In this document: piece after piece, positions 60,329-64,000 of the stretch
How the letters are laid out: each line of letters starts with the position of its first letter
Numbering within the stretch: the stretch's first letter is position 1
The notes under the pieces: model-generated
The model's input: only the letters and a program-made list of their open reading frames with translations
Databases searched by the model: none
Told to the model about the DNA's origin: nothing
Program-made: the position numbers and the translations under genes
Assembly (NCBI GenBank): GCA_963751455.1
Contig: CAVVUN010000015.1
Coordinates: forward strand, 64,001-128,000
Direction of reading: 5' to 3'
DNA length: 64,000 nt
Source: Nitrospirota bacterium
GTDB lineage: Bacteria > Nitrospirota > UBA9217

Positions 60329-62716
60329 ATGAATTGCTCAAAATTAACGGCATCGCTGTCTACTCTTGTTCTCGCTGTCTTTTCCTTTACTCTCTATTCA
60401 TGCTCATCTTCTTCATCTTCTACAATCGCGCCCCAATTCTCGAATTCTTCTCTCACGCAGGGAAGCCTCTTCGCCGCTACGTCTAATCCGGGTAAAATCT
60501 ACAGCTATGTCAGCGGCGCCAATTGGGAAGCCGTCTCTGAAGAAATGGGCGCTTCCGTAGATGCAATTGCTTTTTACGGCGGGCAGCTTTACGCCGCTGC
60601 GAGCCTGAACGAGCTTACCGGACCTTCGGTAATATCCCGCTACACGGGGGGCAAGTCATGGGTACCGGTGTCCAATCACGTTACAGCAAAAATTACTTCG
60701 CTGTCGGTCTTCAAGGGGCAGCTCTATGCCGCAGCTATAAATTCCTCTGCTAATAACGGACAGCTTTTCAGGTTCGACAGCGATAAGAACTGGACCCTGG
60801 TTGCCGACTCCAAGGCACTTTCCGACGAGTGGCAGGGTTTTAAAACTCTTTATCCGACAAACGACCATTTATACATAGGCGCTTCCAATACCGACTATCT
60901 AGCCCGTTTCGACGGTACCAGCCTTGAACAAGTGAGCTTTTATTCCGGAGCTGGCATCAAGGCTATGGATGTCTTCCAAAACGAACTTTTTGCAGGAGCA
61001 GCGGATGGTTGGATATATCAGACTACGGACGGGAATACGTTTACTCAGAATCATTCAGGGATATATCCCTCGAACATCTGGTCCATAAAAGCATTTAATG
61101 ACCAGCTTTATATAGGCATGGACAGCTCGGCCGATGGACCCGGCAAGGAACAGCTTTATCGATGGAAGGATGGAAGCCCGGAACTCATTTGGGAAAATGA
61201 GGCGTCCGGCATGGGCGACGGCGTTATTTCTATGACCACAAACGGTGATGTGCTCTATTTCGGCACAGGCATGGCAACAGGTTATTTTGAGCAACCGGGC
61301 AATGGCGTTGTATACGCTTTCGATGGAGAGGCCACGACGGCCATTTCGGGAAGGCTGGGAAACGGAATAAATCAGCTTCTCATAAATGAAATCTCTCTTC
61401 CGACTCTCGAGATCACGAATGCTCTGGCAAGCCCTACGCCAATGCTGGCAGGTGGAACTTTCTTAGCGTACATTACGCTCCGAAATGCCGGAAATGCGGA
61501 TGCATTCTTATATGAGGGTGGTTTTAAGTCGATCTCCGGGCTGCCGGAGGGATGGTATGGGGAATTCATAGATACCGGATCGTACAACGCATCATGGGAA
61601 GCAACAACATTGATACAGGCCGGTGGAACAGCGAGTGTGGTGGTGGCCATAACGGTCCCTTGCGGAATTGCCCCCGGAACCTACTCATTTATACCGAAAC
61701 TGTCATATGGTTTTGGAGACGCAAATGTTGTAATTTCATCCTCACAGGATTATTCTCCGAACGCAATTGAGATCAAAGACATGCTGCAGGATGGCGAGAT
61801 GTCCTTCTATCGGCATGCACAAGGCGCAGTAAGACAAATAAGGGCCTTTGATCGGAACATAGAAAGCGGGGTCATAACAACGGCCATCAACCTGACCTTC
61901 ATCGGTATCGACGGTGTTCAGAAGACTGTGACTCTTTATGCTGCGGGTGGTCGCGCTTACCGTTCTGTCTATGACTACGGCTACGCAGGAGAGGTATATC
62001 ATCAGGATGATTATTATAAGGAAACGACAGCATATGCCTACGCGGAAAAAAGCGAGACGCGATATCAGAGCAAAATCGACGACTACAATTACTATAGCCT
62101 GGTTGACTCCCGGCCGTATTACACCTTTGACTTCTCAGCCATCCCCGGCGGATCTTCAATTGTGAGCGCAGAACTCATGATTTATACAGGGTATGGAGCT
62201 CTTTATGACGGTGATTTCTATGTAGATGTCTACTCGATGGAAAATGATCCCGCATCCGCTTCCGCACAAGCGGTATTTGAGGACACGGGCAACGGCACTC
62301 TTTACATAGACAACATGCGGCTGCAACCGAATTCTACGATCATAATAAGTTTAGGACAGGACTTCCTGTCGAAATTTGGAAATATAGCCAGCGGCGCATC
62401 TTCGATCGGCATAAAGCTTGACAAAGCAGCCAGCTCCACTGACACCTACGAAGACGATAACGCTTACTATCACTATACATATTCGAGCAGTTCCATCTTC
62501 ACAAGTTATGGAACGAATCCTGCTGTAACAACTGATACCATTCAATACACAAGCCCGGAAGAGGCATTGCACATTATGCTGAATTGGTACCTTGAGGGCA
62601 GAACTACCGAGGCCGGTGAGCTCGCTAATTACATCAACGAAAAATATTATTCCATCGGGTTCTGGGGTTTAGCTCCAGGTCGGGATGAGTGTAGCGAAGG
62701 CAATGGTATAAATTGA
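60329..62716 (+). CDS. Large predicted lipoprotein (beta-propeller-like repeats, Ig-like and DNRLRE-like domains)
   Basis: Lipobox-like LYSC plus Ser run; repeated F.G.LYA / F..QLY.G units; C-terminal TFDFSAIP.GS.IVSAEL.IY; AGGAGG RBS. Confidence 0.7.
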   Translation: MNCSKLTASLSTLVLAVFSFTLYSCSSSSSSTIAPQFSNSSLTQGSLFAATSNPGKIYSYVSGANWEAVSEEMGASVDAIAFYGGQLYAAASLNELTGPSVISRYTGGKSWVPVSNHVTAKITSLSVFKGQLYAAAINSSANNGQLFRFDSDKNWTLVADSKALSDEWQGFKTLYPTNDHLYIGASNTDYLARFDGTSLEQVSFYSGAGIKAMDVFQNELFAGAADGWIYQTTDGNTFTQNHSGIYPSNIWSIKAFNDQLYIGMDSSADGPGKEQLYRWKDGSPELIWENEASGMGDGVISMTTNGDVLYFGTGMATGYFEQPGNGVVYAFDGEATTAISGRLGNGINQLLINEISLPTLEITNALASPTPMLAGGTFLAYITLRNAGNADAFLYEGGFKSISGLPEGWYGEFIDTGSYNASWEATTLIQAGGTASVVVAITVPCGIAPGTYSFIPKLSYGFGDANVVISSSQDYSPNAIEIKDMLQDGEMSFYRHAQGAVRQIRAFDRNIESGVITTAINLTFIGIDGVQKTVTLYAAGGRAYRSVYDYGYAGEVYHQDDYYKETTAYAYAEKSETRYQSKIDDYNYYSLVDSRPYYTFDFSAIPGGSSIVSAELMIYTGYGALYDGDFYVDVYSMENDPASASAQAVFEDTGNGTLYIDNMRLQPNSTIIISLGQDFLSKFGNIASGASSIGIKLDKAASSTDTYEDDNAYYHYTYSSSSIFTSYGTNPAVTTDTIQYTSPEEALHIMLNWYLEGRTTEAGELANYINEKYYSIGFWGLAPGRDECSEGNGIN

Positions 62717-62859
62717 GGGCAACGGTTCGGTTGATGATTTTTCCGAAACGAAAAAACAGTAAGAGGTTCCATCTGGTCGAATCGGGTCCGTAAAAAGCGC
62801 AATCGATTTCATACCTATCTCGCATATTAAACGTCGTCATTTCTTTATTCACCATGACT

Positions 62860-63126
62860 ATGACGTCCTGTCGACCAGGCTGCGGCGCATGCTGTATCGC
62901 CCCTTCAATATCCTCACCTATTCCCGGCATGCCGCAGGGAAAGCCGGCTGGGCTACGGTGTCCTCACCTTTCAAATGATAATCTCTGCCTCTTGTTCGGA
63001 GCCGTTGACCGTCCGCACGTATGCAGTTCATACCAGCCGAACAGGCAGTTCTGCGGCGACACTAATGATGCGGCACTTGAGATCCTGTACAAACTGGAAG
63101 CCTCGACCTTGCCCGCCGATAAATAA
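62860..63126 (+). CDS. YkgJ family cysteine-cluster protein
   Basis: CRPGCGACCIAPSISSPIPGMP.GKPAG.RC...RP.VC. Confidence 0.9.
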   Translation: MTSCRPGCGACCIAPSISSPIPGMPQGKPAGLRCPHLSNDNLCLLFGAVDRPHVCSSYQPNRQFCGDTNDAALEILYKLEASTLPADK

Positions 63127-63252
63127 ATAAAACCCTGTCGCATCATCACGGGTTAGCAATCACAGGGACTCCGTTCTGAACCGACTGCATGATATACTAG
63201 ATGTAGAAAAGCGTCGGCATTCCTCCTCCGAATCGCGAATAATGAAGGGAAT

Positions 63253-64000
63253 ATGGCATCTCCTCGATTGGTCGATAATACTCTGAAAGAGGTCGTCCGC
63301 CTGCGGGAGGAGGTCAGGCAGCTTCGATCCGTCCTAAGACGCCTCACCCCCGGCCTTGAAACGCTGCTGCAGAGACGCGGTTTTCATATCTACAAAAAAG
63401 AGCCAGTGCAGGACCTCCTGATTCCTGCAAAAGAGTTCGAAGAGCATTATTACAGGATGCTGGGTAAATATTCGTTCCGGCTTTTTTTGCGTGACGTTAT
63501 CAAGCACCAGGACTTCTTTACAGTCGATCAAGTGACGCGGTATGCAACACCGAAGGTCACACGTTCGTATATCACTTACGCGTCCGGGGCTGGACTGCTT
63601 GAACCTGTGCCTTCGGGCTACCGGCTGGCAAAAAGGCCGATCATGAGCTTCGGCACAACGCTCGAGTGGTACCTGGCCGAGGTGTTTAAAAGGGAATTCA
63701 GCGCGGAAGCGGTATGGGGCGTCAAGTTCAAGCGGCCCCGGGTAGGCGGAGATTACGATGTAATTGCGAAGATAGATGGGAACCTGTTGTATGTGGAAGT
63801 CAAGTCGTCTCCTCCGAAACAAATCTACGACAGCGAGATTGCGGCTTTTCTAGACCGAATCAGGGACCTTTCTCCGGAAATCTCTATCTTTTTTATGGAC
63901 ACCGAGCTGCGAATGAAGGACAAGATCGTGCCGATGTTCGAGAAGGCGTTTGCGGCCCGCTTAACCGAGGCGCCCCCGATCGTGCGGATTGAACGCGAGC
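63253..64000 (+). CDS. Hypothetical protein with PD-(D/E)xK-like motif, 3'-partial; absent from the ORF track
   Basis: Open frame MASPRLVDN... runs to the window end; LEWYLAE...GGDYDVIA.....LYVEVKSS. Confidence 0.7.
   Translation, partial: MASPRLVDNTLKEVVRLREEVRQLRSVLRRLTPGLETLLQRRGFHIYKKEPVQDLLIPAKEFEEHYYRMLGKYSFRLFLRDVIKHQDFFTVDQVTRYATPKVTRSYITYASGAGLLEPVPSGYRLAKRPIMSFGTTLEWYLAEVFKREFSAEAVWGVKFKRPRVGGDYDVIAKIDGNLLYVEVKSSPPKQIYDSEIAAFLDRIRDLSPEISIFFMDTELRMKDKIVPMFEKAFAARLTEAPPIVRIERE

Overview
Bacterial chromosome segment, probably Nitrospirota (inferred from the tmRNA tag ANNELAYAA and the gene content). In order: (1) a beta-oxidation operon fadN-fadA-fadE-fadF-etfB-etfA, the first three genes carrying many 1-bp indels; (2) housekeeping genes (Crp/Fnr regulator, prfC, plsC-like); (3) a decaying toxin-antitoxin/defence islet at 14.8-21.8 kb with a broken AAA_21 ATPase, HigB/HigA-ImmA, MqsR/MqsA-Panacea, two copies of an antitoxin plus decayed PemK cassette, and a complete DDE IS with an 8-bp target duplication; (4) a full dcw cluster mraZ to ftsZ with a STAS gene after mraZ; (5) trmJ-like, MBL, cysteine synthase, radical SAM, pgeF, yggS, proC, a four-helix-bundle gene, yggT, divIVA, yggU; (6) tmRNA followed by an AT-richer, integrase-less accessory region (GT4, a 2025-aa SpvB/FG-GAP/Rhs protein, a large lipoprotein). 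The most unusual signal is non-coding. About 18 gene junctions hold inverted-repeat elements whose arms are 7-11-nt periodic microrepeats. Several are copies of each other. One encloses the four-helix-bundle (IVP/Avd-like) gene. Several are themselves invaded, either by a ~40-bp AGCCTGC...GCAGGC element at C^GGA or by a MITE with an 8-bp duplication carrying GTAG REPs. All protein calls come from motif recognition by eye; no searches were run.
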